DNA of 64,000 bases, from NCBI RefSeq assembly GCF_009914755.1, contig NC_060933.1. The stretch is one strand, 5' to 3'. This document shows, one piece after another, positions 49,311 through 62,905 of the stretch. Every line of letters begins with the position of its first letter. Positions within the stretch are counted from its first letter, which is position 1. The notes under the pieces are model-generated. The model ran no database searches. It worked only from the letters and a program-made list of their open reading frames with translations, and had not been told where the DNA came from. The translations under genes and the position numbers were made by a program. The DNA is from the human T2T-CHM13v2.0 reference genome, Homo sapiens.

Positions 49311-51674
49311 ATCAGTTGGGGTTAATGGCTCCAGTTTCATGTCCTGGTTGTGCAGAACATATATCTACCTTTTTGTGAAGGCATCATTTCATTTGCTTCA
49401 TCTCCTTTGGAAGCCTGCAGGCAAGTTAACTGAATGCAATCTCACACTGACTCCCTTTTCAAAAGTAGCCTAGTCAGAATCTATGTACATACTCCAAATT
49501 GGATGGATAACAATACCATTTTACACACAAGCATATTGAATATATTGAATATATTTACAAATAATTGTCTAATATCAACTAAGATACTTAGAGGAGAGTG
49601 GTAAGAAATAAGATGGAACACTCAACCAGAATGTACAACAATGCTATGTAACTGGCAAAGATGCAATTAAGATGAATGTGTTCCAAGAATCTTACCCATA
49701 AAAAAGTGAATATTGAAAATGCTGGAGTATAGTTTGTAGAAAAAGAGCTGTGTCTACAAAGTGACCAAGGAGAGATGGTAGACCTTCAGTGGATCTATGA
49801 AATTGATTCCTGGTAGGCTCAATACTACTTGTACTTCAAGTAAGAATTCAATCAAAATTCATTTTTTAAAAATGAAACCACCAGTTTAGTACAAAAGATC
49901 TCAGAAAAGGATATAAAGCTCCTAAGCATAAAAGAACACATACATAAATGAAAATAAACTGCACATACAAGTGTATTGAGGAGAAGAAAACTAAATCCAA
50001 ATTTATATTTAAATGCTCCCACTTAAATTGTCTAAGAAAGAAACATTTAACTTCAGTAGAATGAGAGAAAGCTTGTTTAGCTGCACAGCTTCTTCAATTC
50101 ACTTCTGCTTTCTGGAAACATTTACAAAGGGAGAAAGGTTAATAAGCTCCCCTGATGGCAGTAAGGGTATACACACTAGAGAGGAGAAAGAATGATTTTT
50201 TAAAATTATTTCTATCCAATAAGTTTTTCCTTTTAACTCTAATTAGACATGCCAAGTGCTCCTATTATAGTAATTTACCATAATATATGTGGTGAAATGA
50301 CCCTGACACCAGGCAAAGCAATGACTGTATCTTTTTAAATAATTGAAAAAACAGACACAGAAACATTTTCTTTAGAAATGGACCCTTAGATTGTCTACAC
50401 AGTATGCTGACTAGTGGAATACTTAAGGAACAATGACACCTGTATTTATATATTTCTAGACAGCTACAGCTGACAGTATAAACTCATTTTATAGGATTGC
50501 TAAAACAGCTGCGGGAAAGAGATAAAGACATTTTATCATTTTAATTTGCTATCACGTAACATAACAGCAGTGGAACAAAATTGCCTGGGATTATTGAAAA
50601 TAATCTGTCATCAGAACTGATGGTATTTACCAAAGCAGTTTCACTAGCAAACTTCACTCTGCTCTCAAGTTTGAAAAATAAAAATCTATTCCATGCCGTG
50701 TGAAAATGCCCTTGGTTCTACCTGTATTTATAAACACTTACATCAACTACCAAAAAAACTGATTTTGGATAAAGAATAGTATTCTTCTTAATCACAAATA
50801 ATTATCCTAGAAAGGTGTATCAGAATATATCCAAACCGTCTGATTTAATAGAACTATCCCTTAAGACCTTTTATATCTAGGTTTAAAACGTACCTTAATT
50901 TTTATTCACCAATATAATCTCTATTCATGCAATTTTTAGAACTCATTAAAAGCAAACAACCTTGATAAACTCAAAAAAGAGAGAAATATAATCCCAGAGC
51001 CTCATTATCAGTTTCAAGCCATATCACTTTTATGTTGGATTTCACATCAAACAAATACCTTAGGTGGCCAGAGACAGACTTCAGGTTGTGATGGCAAGAT
51101 GAAAATTAGTTTAAGTCCATCAAGGCTTACATCAGGTACTAGGTTAGGAAGTTATTGGTTTGTCTTTTCTATTAAGGGGAGAAAGACCTTCGCTGACATA
51201 GACCTAAGGACCTAAGACACACATCCCTGTTTCATGCCCCTTTGGAAAGCTATAGGTCTCCTGTAAGAAAGGGCCCCTACCCTTCTTTCAGGGATAAGTT
51301 ATTGCTTCTTCCTTGGAATACCAACAGCACCTGTCATTAAACATTTTATCATAGTCTGTTTTCATGGTTGTAGAACTGAGAAAGTCACTCAGGAGAAGGG
51401 CAGCTGGAAATGACACTGTGGGGTATCATGTGCCAGACGTTGCTCATGAAAGTGAATGTGGAGAAAAGCTGCGAATTTAGAACATTTTCTTCTGACTCCA
51501 AAACCTCTTCAGAATCTCTCCACTATATATTGTTTGTGTCATATGCCCAGATAGGTTTGTAAGCAGTTTGAGGTGAGGAATAAGGTTTTATATAGGTCTG
51601 TGCACCCAGCACTACCTATACAACTGTACTGACATATACTGTTCAACAGAGATTTAGCTATCAAAACAAAACCC

Positions 51675-51920
51675 ATAGCTGTGTTGGCTATTTAGTTTTG
51701 GTATTTTCTTAATTTTTTTTTACATTTTAGAATAAGCTTGTCAATGTCCAAAATGTCCACTGGAAGTTTGACTGGTAGTGCCCTGAATTTCCAAATCAAT
51801 CTGGAGATAGTTGACATCTTAATAATTTTGAGTCATCACAATCATGACCACAGTGGATTTCTATTTAGGATTTACTCTCAGCAGTTTTGTAATTTTCAAT
51901 GCACAGGTTGCTCATATCTT
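51675..51920 (-). mobile_element. Old L1M ORF2 fragment
   Basis: 'attttagaataagcttgtcaatgtcc...ctgaatttccaaatcaatctggagatagttgacatcttaataattttgagtc'. Confidence 0.7.
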
Positions 51921-53378
51921 TTCTCTCAATTTTAAGTTCCAGGATACATGGGCAGGAGGTGCAGGTTTCTTACATAGGTAAATGTGTGCCATGGTGGTTT
52001 GCTGCGCAAATTATCCCAGCACCCATGTATTAATCCCAGCATCCATTAGCTATTCTTCCCGATGCTCTCCCACCCCCCACCCCCAACATGCCCCAGTGTG
52101 TGCTGTTTCCCCCATGTATCCATGTGTTCTCATCATTCAGTTCCCACTTACAAGTGAGAACATGCGATGTTTGGTTTTCTGTTCCTTGGTTTGGAGGATT
52201 ACAGCTTCCAGCTCCATCCATGTCTCTGCAAAGACCATGATCTTTTTCCTTTTTATGGCTGCATAGTTTTCCATGGTGTATATGTACCACATTTTCTTTA
52301 ACCAGTTTATCAGTGCTGGGCATTTGGGTTGATTCCATGTGTTTGCTATTGTGAGTAGAGCTGCAATGAACATGTGTGTGCATGTATCTTTGTAATAAAA
52401 TCATTTATATGTCTTTGGGTATATACCCAGTAATGGGATTGCTGGATCAAATGGTATTTCTGCTTCTAGATCTTTGAGGAATGACCACACTGTCTTCCAA
52501 GATGGTTGAACCAATTTGTACTCTGACCAACTATGTAAAAGCATTTCCTTTTCTCCACAACATCACCAGCATCTTTTATTTTTTTTATTTTTCATAGCAG
52601 CCATTCTGATTGGCATTCGATAATATCTCATTGTGATTTTTATTTGCATTTCTCTAATGATCAGTAATGTTGAGCTTTTTTCATGATTCTTGGCCACATG
52701 TATATCTTCTTTGGAGAAGTGTCAGTTCATGCCCTTTGCCCACTTTTTAATGTGGTTGTCTGTTACTTGTAAATTTGCTTAAGTTCCTTATAGACTGGAT
52801 ATTAGACCTTTATCAGATAGATTGCAAAAATTTTCTCCCACTCTGTAGGTTGTCTGTTCACTCTGGTGATAGTTTCATTTGCTGTGCAGAAGCTCCTTAG
52901 AGCCCATTTGTCAATTTTTGCTTCTGTTGCAGTTGCTTTTGGTGTTTTAGTCATCAAATCTTCGCCTGTGCCTATGCCCAGAGTGACATTGCCTAGAGTT
53001 TCTTCTAGGGTTTTGACAGTTTTGGGTTTTACACTTAAGTCTTTAATCCATCTTGGGTTAATTTTTGTATAAGGTGTAAGGAACTGGTGCAGTTTCAATT
53101 TTCTGCATATGGCTAGCCAGTTCTCCCAGCACCATTTATTAAATAGGAAATCCTTTCCCCATTGCTTGTTTTTGTTAGATTTGTTGAAGATCAGATGGTT
53201 GTAAGTGTGTGGTCTTATTTCTGAGTTCTCTATTCTGTTCCACTGGTCTATGTGTCTGTTTTTGTACCAGTACCATGTTGTTTTGGTTACTATATCCTTA
53301 TAGTATAGTTTGAAGTCAGGTAGCATGATGCCTCCAGCTGTGTTATTTTTGCTTAAGATTGTCTTGGCTATTTGGGCT

Positions 53379-53740
53379 TCTATTAGTCCATTTTCATGCT
53401 AAGGATTAATACATATCTAAGATTAGGTAATTTACAAGGAAAAAGAGGTTTAATGGACTCACAGTTCTATGTGACTGGAGAGGCCTCACAATCACGGCAG
53501 AAGGCAAAAGGCACGTCTTACATGGCAGCAGTCAAGACAGAATGACAACCAAGTGAAAGAGGTTTCCCCTTATAAAATCATCAGATCTGGTGAGGCTTCA
53601 TCACTATCCTGAGAACAGTATGGAGGAAACCACCCCCATGATTCAATTATCTCCCACCGGACCCCTGCCACAACATGTGCGAATTATGGGAGCTACAATT
53701 CAAGATGAGACTTGGGTAGGAACACAGCCAAACCATATCA
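53379..53740 (-). mobile_element. THE1B-like MaLR solo LTR
   Basis: 'tattagtccattttcatgct...gaggtttaatggactcacagttc...ggaacacagccaaaccatatca'. Perfect 5-bp TSD GGGCT (53374-53378 / 53741-53745). Confidence 0.95.
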
Positions 53741-54877
53741 GGGCTGTTTTTGGTTCCATATGAATTTTAAAATAGTTTTTTCTAATCCTGTGGGAATGTC
53801 AATGGTAATTTAATGGGAATAGTATTGATCTATAAATTGCTTTGGGCAGTATGGCCATTTTAATATTGATTCTTCCTATCCATGAGCATGGGATGTTTTT
53901 CTACCTGTTTTGTGTCATCTCTGATTTCAATGAAGAGTGGTTTGTAATTCTTCATGAAGAGGTCCTTCACTTTCCTTATTAGTTGTATTTCTAGGTATTT
54001 TATGCTTTTTGTGGCAATTGTGAATGAGAGTTCATTCATGATTTGGCTCTCGGCTTGCCTGTTGTGGGTGTATAGGAATGCTAGCAATTTTTTCACATTA
54101 ATTGTATTCTGAAACTTCACTGACGTTGCTTATCAGTTTAAGATGCTTTGGGTCTGAGACTATAGGGTTTTATAGATACGGTATAACAAACAAAGATGGT
54201 TTGACTTCCTCTCTTCCTATTTGAATATCTTTTATTTCTTTCTCTTGCCTGATTGCCATAGCCAGAAATTTAATACTATGTTGAATAGTAATGGTGAGAG
54301 TGGGAATCCTTGTCTTGTGTGAGTTTTCAAGGGGGAATGCTTCCAGCTTTTGCCCATTCAGTATGACATTGGCTGTGGGTTTGTCATATACGACTCTTAT
54401 TATTCTGAAGTATGTTCCTTCAATACCTAGTTTATTGAGGGCCTTTAACATGAAGGAATGTTGAATTCTATTGAAGGCCTTTTCTGCATCTATTGGGTAA
54501 TCATGTTGTTGTTGTCTTTAGTTCTGTTTATGTGAGGAATCACATGTAATGATTTGTGTATGTTGAACCAACCTTGCATCACCGGGATGAAGTCTACTTG
54601 ATTGCAGTGGATAAGCTTTTTGAGGTGCTCTTGGATTCAATTTGCCAGTATCTTGTTGAGGATTTTTGCATCAATATTCATCAACAATATTGGCCTAACA
54701 TTTTTGTTGTTGTTGTATTTCTGCCAGGTTTTGGTATCAGAATGATGCTGGCCTCATAAAATGAGTTAGAGAGGAGTCCCTCCTTCTGTAGTTTTTTTGG
54801 ATAGTTTCAGTAGAAATGGTACTAGCTCTTCTTTGTAGCTCTGTTAGAATTCAGCTATGAATCCATCTGGTCCTGGG

Positions 54878-54878
<1 letters not shown>

Positions 54879-54917
<39 letters not shown>
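54879..54917 (+). repeat. T39 homopolymer inside L1 ORF2
   Basis: ggtcctgggc(T)39ggttaatagg, seen as the 13-Lys run in the ORF track. Confidence 0.9.
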
Positions 54918-54918
<1 letters not shown>

Positions 54919-55486
54919 GTTAATAGGCTATTTAATATTGCCTCAATTTCAGAGCTTGTTATTGGTCTAGTCAGGGATTCAGTTTCTTCTTGGTTCAGTC
55001 TTGGGAGGGTGTATGTGTCTAAGAGTTTATCCATTTCTTCTAGATTTTCTAGTTTAAATGCAGAGAGCTGCATATGGTATTCTCTGTTGGTTGTTTGTAT
55101 TGTAATATCCCCCTTACCATTTCTGATTGTGTTTATATGAATCTTTTTATTATTCTATTATTAGATAGTGATCTTATTTCTTTTCCAAAAAAAATAGTTC
55201 CTGGATTCATTAATTTTTGAAGGGTTTTTTGTCTCTATCTCCTTCATTTCAGCTCTGATTTTGGTTATTTGTCTTCGGCTAGCTTTTTGGGTTTGTTTGC
55301 TCTTAGTTCTCTAGTTCTTTTGGTTGTGATGATAGGGTGTCGATTTGAAACCTTTCTAACTTTTTTTTTGAGATCTTTTCCAGCGTTTTGATGTGGGCAT
55401 TTAATGCTATAAATTTCCCCCTTAACACTGCTTTAGCTGTGTCGAAGATATTCTGGTACATTGTATCTTTGTTCTCAGTTGTAAAG

Positions 55487-55764
<278 letters not shown>

Positions 55765-56334
55765 GCAAAGAACTTCTTTATTTCTGCCTTACTCATTTAT
55801 CTAGTTTTCAGACTTTCAATGACTTTCACTAGAGCTCAAAAAATTACTGAGTTTGTTGGCTTTAATACCATTATGCAAAGATTGTGTGACTGATTAGTAT
55901 TGAATGTGATTGCCTATAGCTTTGCATTTGTACATGAGTCACTATGAGACAAACTACAGGTCCTCAAAATCAAGCTTTGTACTCTGGGCACATTAGACAG
56001 CATTGGTATATAAACATATTTCATAGCATCTTTGTGACAGAATGGGTTTTTTTAGTTGCAGAATTTTTGTATAATTCAGATATTTAGTAAGACTAACACA
56101 AGTTCACCAGTAATTATCTGCATATACACCTATATTTTGAGGCAAATCAATGATGAACAACTGGTATTTATTGAATATTTTTAATGTGGGAAATAGATTT
56201 CTATATCTTTTAGGAGCTTAAAGACTAGCTATTTCATCAAGATGAAATTAAATATGGCACTAAATACAGTGTTGTGTGGAAATTTGTCATCAATTCAACA
56301 GTAAAGTTAAAATTTGCAAGATGTAAACTAATGC

Positions 56335-56860
56335 TATCAATTTTGACCAATACTCCAAACCAGGAAATTAGAAGTCATCCTTGCTTCTCTTATTTAGTCA
56401 CCAGATTTGGTAGGTTCTAACTCCCAAATAATTCCAAGATCTGTCTTTTCACATCTATCTCCATTGGCTTGATTTGGACCTATATTGCCTCTAATCTGAG
56501 TAGTTCCAAGAGCATCTGAAATATTATGTGTTCTCTTCTAAATAACACAAAGTTTTTCATGGTTCTAGTCTCTTCATCTTGATTTTCTTTGCCCAGAGTT
56601 TCAAGGATAAACTCAATATCACTTGGTTGCTGTCGTCTGACCTGCCCCGAAGCCCAGGAAGAGTTGGCTATTATGTCACTTGTGTTTACATATCATTTAA
56701 TATATTCTTGTTTTATAAGCACTTATCACATTGTATTATTTGTATTGTGCCTGTCTCTTCCAGAGGGCAACCATAAGGTTTATCACTTCTCTGAATTCAA
56801 AGAATGTGGTCAATGCTTGGTTCATAGCAGGCAGTCGATATTTAACGAAGTGAATTGAGT
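56335..56860 (+). mobile_element. L2 3' region
   Basis: 'ccaaaccaggaaattagaagtcatccttg', 'agcacttatcacattgtatt', 'tgcttggttcatagcaggcagtcgatattt...gtgaattga'. Confidence 0.7.
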
Positions 56861-57259
56861 TCCAGGACTGTTAGTATCTTAAATGTCTCAGTTCACTCTA
56901 TCCATCAGAAGTGAAGAACATGACTGGAACTGACATGCTGTGCTCTTGTCACTCACTTCCACTTCCATCCCCATCCAGAGATGTAAGTGCAAAGCTCTGT
57001 GAAATTAAAAAAAATCATAGACCAGAGATTTTAGAAGTATGGACCATTTGATTATTTTTAGCCCAACAACCTTTCCAGCCTGCTTTATAACAAGGTAGCT
57101 TTTCAGACAAATTAAAAAGAACAGAAAAAAAGTGTTAGTTAATTATTTCTGGAATAGAAAGCTGAAAGATACACTTTGTTAGTTTTCTTGGAAGATATTT
57201 TCCAAATTCTTATTTATGAAAAAACATTAAGAACTTTGATACATATTCCAAAATGTTTG

Positions 57260-57880
57260 CCATCATCGCACATCTACTTACGTTATTTTGTTTCAGTTTA
57301 CAAACATCTCTGATGCTAAAATACCTCTTTCAATATACAATTTAGGATTACAAACATGCTTCATTTTTCAAACTAATTTCTATACTCCAAGTACAAACTA
57401 AATTATTATGAAGTTTTAAAACACCACATCATTAATAGTATAAAATCTAAAGAAAAAACCTTTTTCATTGTTCAAGTATTTCATGAATATCTCAAATCCA
57501 ACTTGAAAGCATTTTTTCACGTAGTACTATTTTATATGCATTTTAATTTCTTCTTTACTTTCCCTAATGATCCCATGAATGGTTGAACACAATTTGAGTT
57601 AACATCTTTGTTTTTAACATAATTCATTTGATTATGTGATGAAACTATTTCATTTATGTAATAAGGCTCCAATAAATATCTTTTACTTTGTACTTGCTTT
57701 TTAAATTATTTGGATTTTTTCCTTAAGTCAAATTCCCATAAATTAATTATTATATCAATGAATGAGAACATTTGCATGGCCCTTAACATATTATGCCACG
57801 TTTCTTGAAAAAAACTGTGCCTATTTATTCTGGCTCTCAAGAATGAATGTAAGCATATCATGTTCACCAGGCCCGTTTCT
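57260..57880 (-). mobile_element. Ancient L1ME fragment
   Basis: 'atttccattatgtaataaggctccaataaatatcttt', 'ttccttaagtcaaattcccataaatt'. Confidence 0.5.
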
Positions 57881-58642
57881 AGTGCTCTCCTAAAAAGAGC
57901 CTTCAACTTCTGAGCTTGTTGTGCCATTCCCAAAACTGCTCCTCCTGAGTACAGATTGGCAGGAGAAGAGACCCTGAGGGAACCTTCACTGTTACCACCA
58001 TATCCCCCACTCTTGTTGTTGCCACCACTTTTGCCTGCTACAGGGCTGCAGCTTCATTAGGGGCAGACAGGGAAGGTTCAAAGAGCTCTATTCTCTAATG
58101 AACTCCCTTCCAAGTCCTCCAACCAGCATTTTTTTTTTTTGTCTGTGGTTTTTCAAAATCCAAGAGATATATATGACTAAGAAGATATGGAAGTCAAAAC
58201 AAACAAGCAAATAGAACAAATTAAAGTAAAATAATTCTCCAAAGTATGGACATTCTTTGAGTTTTGATTATCTCTACCCAGTTCACCTACTCTTCTTTTA
58301 GAGGCCTCTTACAGTTGCTTTATGAATTTTGCCTTCCTTTTCTTCTACCTTTCATCAATGGGAAGGATAGAATGGAGTGCACTTATTCCTTCCTGACACT
58401 AGAACCTATCAATAAGTTTTTAATCAGGAGACTAAGAAAGTACACTTACTCCTTTGTCACTAGTTGATTTCAAAGATAGTGGCCTGGTGACAGTATATGT
58501 TTGGTTTTGAGCTAGTTTGATCCAGTGAATATGAGATTTACCATTGATTCATTTATCAGAAATACATTACATTGGAATTAAACCAGTTGGGCAGATTTAA
58601 TTCTGTATTAAATTTGCTAGATATGAAACATATAAGCAGTTG

Positions 58643-58779
58643 TCTTTTTCTTTTCTTTTCTTTTCTTTCCTTTCCTTTTCTCCCCTCCCTCCCTCCTTCC
58701 CTCCTTTCCTTCCCTTCCCTTCCTTCCTTTCCTTTCCTTTCTTTCTTTCCTTCCTTTCCTTTCTTTCTACCTCCTCCTC
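58643..58779 (+). repeat. Polypyrimidine (TTTC/CCTT/CCCT)n tract
   Basis: About 135 bp almost purely C/T. Confidence 0.9.
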
Positions 58780-58797
58780 GCTGCATATGGGAGCCTA

Positions 58798-58987
58798 GAT
58801 TCATGGTTAACATTTCTTTTTCCTCTGTAAAGGACCTGAGAGTATTTCAGGATTTGCGAGACACAAAGTCTCTACTGCAACTACAGTATTCAACTCTACT
58901 GTTGTGGTGTAAAAGCAGGCGATGGACAATATTTAAATAAATGAGCTGGCCAAATTTGGCCAACAGGCTATAGTTTGTCAATCTGTG
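58798..58987 (+). mobile_element. MER58A-like hAT MITE
   Basis: 'ctgtaaaggacc...tattcaactctactgttgtggtgtaaaagcag...ggccaaatttggccaacaggctatagtttgtcaa'. Confidence 0.8.
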
Positions 58988-59252
58988 GCTAAGAATGATG
59001 AATTAACATATTTGATCTTCAGTATTCACCCAGTAGTAAGGTTGTTACAGTAAAAACCCACCATAACATTTTAAGTGGTTTAAAAAATGTTTGAGTAAAA
59101 ATGTGTTTGGGGTTATTTAGAGGTTATTGATGCCCGATATGATACTGAAATACTAGTATGTGTGGGTCCAGGTTCTGAGATTTCTGAGAGCCAATTTCTT
59201 CTAATTACTTTATTTACATTTGCTTTTTTTATCTATGTTCTTCTAATGAACG

Positions 59253-59407
59253 CTTTACTAGAATTTAGGCCATGAATGAGAAGGCCTAAACCCTTTACTA
59301 GAATTTAGGCCATGAATGAGAAGGCATATATATATGCACCTAGGAGATAGATAGATAGATATATATAGATATAGATATATAGATATATATATATATATGC
59401 ACCTAGG

Positions 59408-59457
<50 letters not shown>

Positions 59458-59462
59458 CTAGG
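59253..59462 (+). repeat. 33-bp tandem duplication followed by three TGCACCTAGG units separated by (TA)n/(GATA)n
   Basis: ctttactagaatttaggccatgaatgagaaggc at 59253-59285 and 59293-59325. tgcacctagg at 59335, 59398 and 59453. Confidence 0.95.
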
Positions 59463-61462
59463 TAATCTGAAAAAAAAACTGGCTTTCAATTATATAGGTT
59501 AAAAATACTGGAAAATAACATTTAATTAGACTCAAATCAAGAGCTGCCAGATTCCACATTGAAATGCAACATTACTGAAAACAGAATTTTTGAAGGTTCT
59601 GTATTTATGAGTATTAGTAAGAAATTATTTCAGCTCCCCTTTTTAGTATAGCACTCCAGGCAAGAAATAGACTATCTTGGCTTTTAAATTCTTCACATGA
59701 AACAAAACTCTAAAACAGTTTTATTTTTGTAAAACATTCTTACAAAGTATGAACAACTACAGTTGACTGACTTAAGTTGAGAGGTTTCTGTATAAATAAA
59801 TAGCACTCACAATTTTTGCATTCACAATTCAACATTGTCTAGCTCTGTTAAAATGATGTCATTTCACCATAGTTGTGTCACCCATGTTTCAGAAAACAGA
59901 GTTGTTGTCCTGTCCTTCAGACAGGACAGGACCAGAAGATACTGTAAGACAAACATAAATTCTGGAGTGAGAAGAATCTAAGGAAGAGGTAATAACCAAA
60001 GCCATAAAATGACATATGTTTTACTGGAGAAATGAGCAATACCTATGTGGCTACTCGTGCTACAAACTAAGCCACCCACAAACATTCAGCAGACAATTCC
60101 CTTTGAATAGTTCTAATTCAAGAAACAGAAAGCTCTCTCTAAAAAATGTGCCAAGTATTTTTAATAGAGAATTCATAAAGAAATACGGTTGCTCAAGAAA
60201 TGAATGATAAGAGGATCAAACATATAGAACAGGGCTGTATGAAAAGCAAAATTTGGCTTAAAGGAACGTAGGATGAAAATAAATGAAAAAATAAAAAACT
60301 ATCAGAATGCCTCCAGAAGTTATAACAGATATGGGCTCTATCGCTTTTCTCCCAGGTGATAGTAGTTTATTTCCTTGCCCAAAATGTTTTTTCAAATCAC
60401 ATTTGCCACTACCCAGAGCAGTAGCATTACATAGCCACTAAGTTTCGCTTTCTTAAAAGAGATATGTTAAGAATATGAATGTAAACTATGCTGAGGAGCA
60501 GCTTACTGGCTTTATGGAATTCAGAGTAGCATAGGAGATGCCAACCCAGTATTCAGCTGGGCTTTTTAAAATAACACTACATATGCAACTTTAAGTATCA
60601 TGAGTTCAAACTTATAAGATTGTGCGGAGGAAAGTGCTATTAATGTTAATAAAGACTGCATTGCCAGATGAAGTATTTCTCACCTGCACCTCATTTGCTT
60701 TGTTAGTCTATGTTCAATACAGCATTTTGGGAATCTGAGAGGCTAAATTAAAAAAGCACGTGAAGAGAAGTTTACAGTTTGATTTGACTGATAATTTATG
60801 CTATCATGAATTTCTAGGTGTCACATTCTAGACTATCTTTCTTAAAATTCTCCATCTTGGTATTATTATAAAGAAGAAATGCAGAAGACTCAGTCACTAT
60901 GCATATTATTGTCTCTTCAATGCCAAGGCACTCCTAACACTGGGCTTACCAGGGCCTACTGAGAGAAAGGGAACTTCAGGAAGGCCTTGGCTTCAGGGGT
61001 GAGGATTCCACCCAATTCCTGCATCATCTCCTTTCAAATTTCATTTAGTACGATTGGAATGTCTAGACAGATTTTTGGTTTGAGTGAAGCAAGCCTAACA
61101 AGAAGCTTTCTTTACTACTTAAGAGAAGTGTCATTTGGTTCCTTTCTCACAACATTTTAGAAAGATGCCAATGTCCCTGAAATGATGTTGAGTGCTAGAA
61201 AACCAGTTACCATAAAATGTTAGGGAAAGATGATAAAATATGTGTCCATCCAATCTCTACATTTATTTTAATTTTTGTATTTTACTTTTTGGACATTTTT
61301 ATTTCTATTCTTGAGTTTTGTCATCTGTAAAATGAGGATAATAGTACCTCCTTCATTGAAATGACATAAGAATACAACCTAGAAAATATTACAACAGGAA
61401 TAAACACAAGAACAGCTGAGGGAGTGATATAATAAACTTGCCTTGGAGAGCAGGGGTTGGCT

Positions 61463-61655
61463 ACTATATATATGTACACACACAAACACACATAAATACA
61501 CACATACCTATATATACATATATACCTATATATACACTCACACACTATATATATAAAATATGTATGTATATATGTGTGTATGTATATATGTACACATATA
61601 CTTACATATACATACATATATATGTATATATACATACACACATATACATACACAC
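61463..61655. repeat. (TA)/(CA)/(TG) low-complexity microsatellite
   Basis: Alternating purine-pyrimidine tract. Confidence 0.9.
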
Positions 61656-61739
61656 TAGGAAACATGAGCAGGACTTTATATAATAAAGGATAAAAGCAGT
61701 GCAGAAGGAAATGCATTACTGATACACTAAAATATAGCT

Positions 61740-61990
61740 AGAAAGGGACATGGATAAGTAATTCTGGAGGAATACAGGGTTATAGGCCATGATGCTAGAA
61801 AATCAATGTGGGGCACAATTGTGAAGTTTTTCATAGCCTTGCTAAGTAGTTTAACATTTGTGGTTTTCATGAGAAGCCATAAAATATATTTAATGAGCAG
61901 TAATATGAACAGCCCTAGGGTTACTTGATGACCTTCCAAAAGCACAACAGTTTTAGCAGAATAATGATGAAAACAAGCCATTTGTGTTGA
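61740..61990 (-). mobile_element. L2 fragment
   Basis: 'attgtgaagtttttcatagccttgctaagtagtttaacattt...gagaagccataaaatattttaatgagcag'. Confidence 0.5.
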
Positions 61991-62004
61991 AGTAAATCAG
62001 ACCA

Positions 62005-62905
62005 TAAAAAAATCAATTACAGATGGATTGTAGATCTAAATGTAAAGGATAAATAAAGCTTTTAGAAGAAAATATTAAATGTCTTCATGAACTGAAGTGA
62101 GCAAATATTTCTTGAAAGGGCATAAAAAACCATAACCGTAAGTGGAAATTTTGAAAAATTAACCTATTAAAATTAAGAACTCTTATTCATCAAAAGGGAA
62201 CAATGAGAGTAGAAGACAAGTCACAAAGAAGAAACAATCAATATTTATATCTAGCCATATATCTACATCCAGAAAATATAAATAGCTCAACAAATCAATA
62301 AAATGCAGACAATTCGATAGAAAGTAGGCCAAAAATATGCGCATCTATGACCTAGAAATCATATTCACAGATATATACAATAAGAATGTGTACATCTGTT
62401 CACCAAAAGATATGTTGAAGAAAGTTTAAAATACAACTACTCGTAAAAATTCCAAACTGGAACTAACCAAATATCCATCAAAAAAAGGCTAAACTTTTCT
62501 ACATATGTACAATGAAATCCTACACAGCAAGGAGAATGAACAGCTACATGTAGAGACACTATGGGTAAATCTCACAAATATCACAAGTCAAGTCCTGTAC
62601 ACTGTGGTAGTCCAGGGTATTATGTTCTCACATGGAGTGTGAGAAGCCTAACACATAGAGTGCATTCTACCTGATTCCATTTCTATAAAGTGCAAACCCA
62701 GGTATACGGTGTTAAAAGTTAGCATAGTGGTTATTTTCCATTTGGGCCTCATGATTGAAAGGAGGAATGGTGACACTTCTAAGAGGCTGACGAAGTTCTG
62801 TCTTGTGATCTGGCACTGGTTACATTTTTTGTTCATGTTGGAATCCATAAAGTTTCACTTATGATTTGTGCACTTGTCTGTATGTATATTTGAATAGAAA
62901 TAATG
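62005..62905 (+). mobile_element. Ancient L1ME ORF2 end and 3' UTR
   Basis: 'aaatcaattacagatggattgtagatctaaatgtaaa', 'aaaattaagaactcttattcatcaaaag', 'cacttatgatttgtgcacttgtctgtatgtatatt'. Confidence 0.75.

Noticed and set aside
52030-55140. ORFs resembling reverse transcriptase/ORF2 (e.g. 174 aa at 52802-53326)
   Set aside because: Fragments of a frameshifted, 5'-truncated L1PA interrupted by THE1B. Not a functional CDS.
58556-58940. 85-aa and 122-aa ORFs over the pyrimidine tract
   Set aside because: Low-complexity F/L/S/P or K/E/G/R translations of a simple repeat.
61321-61716. 131-aa and 81-aa ORFs
   Set aside because: Translations of a (TA/CA)n microsatellite.
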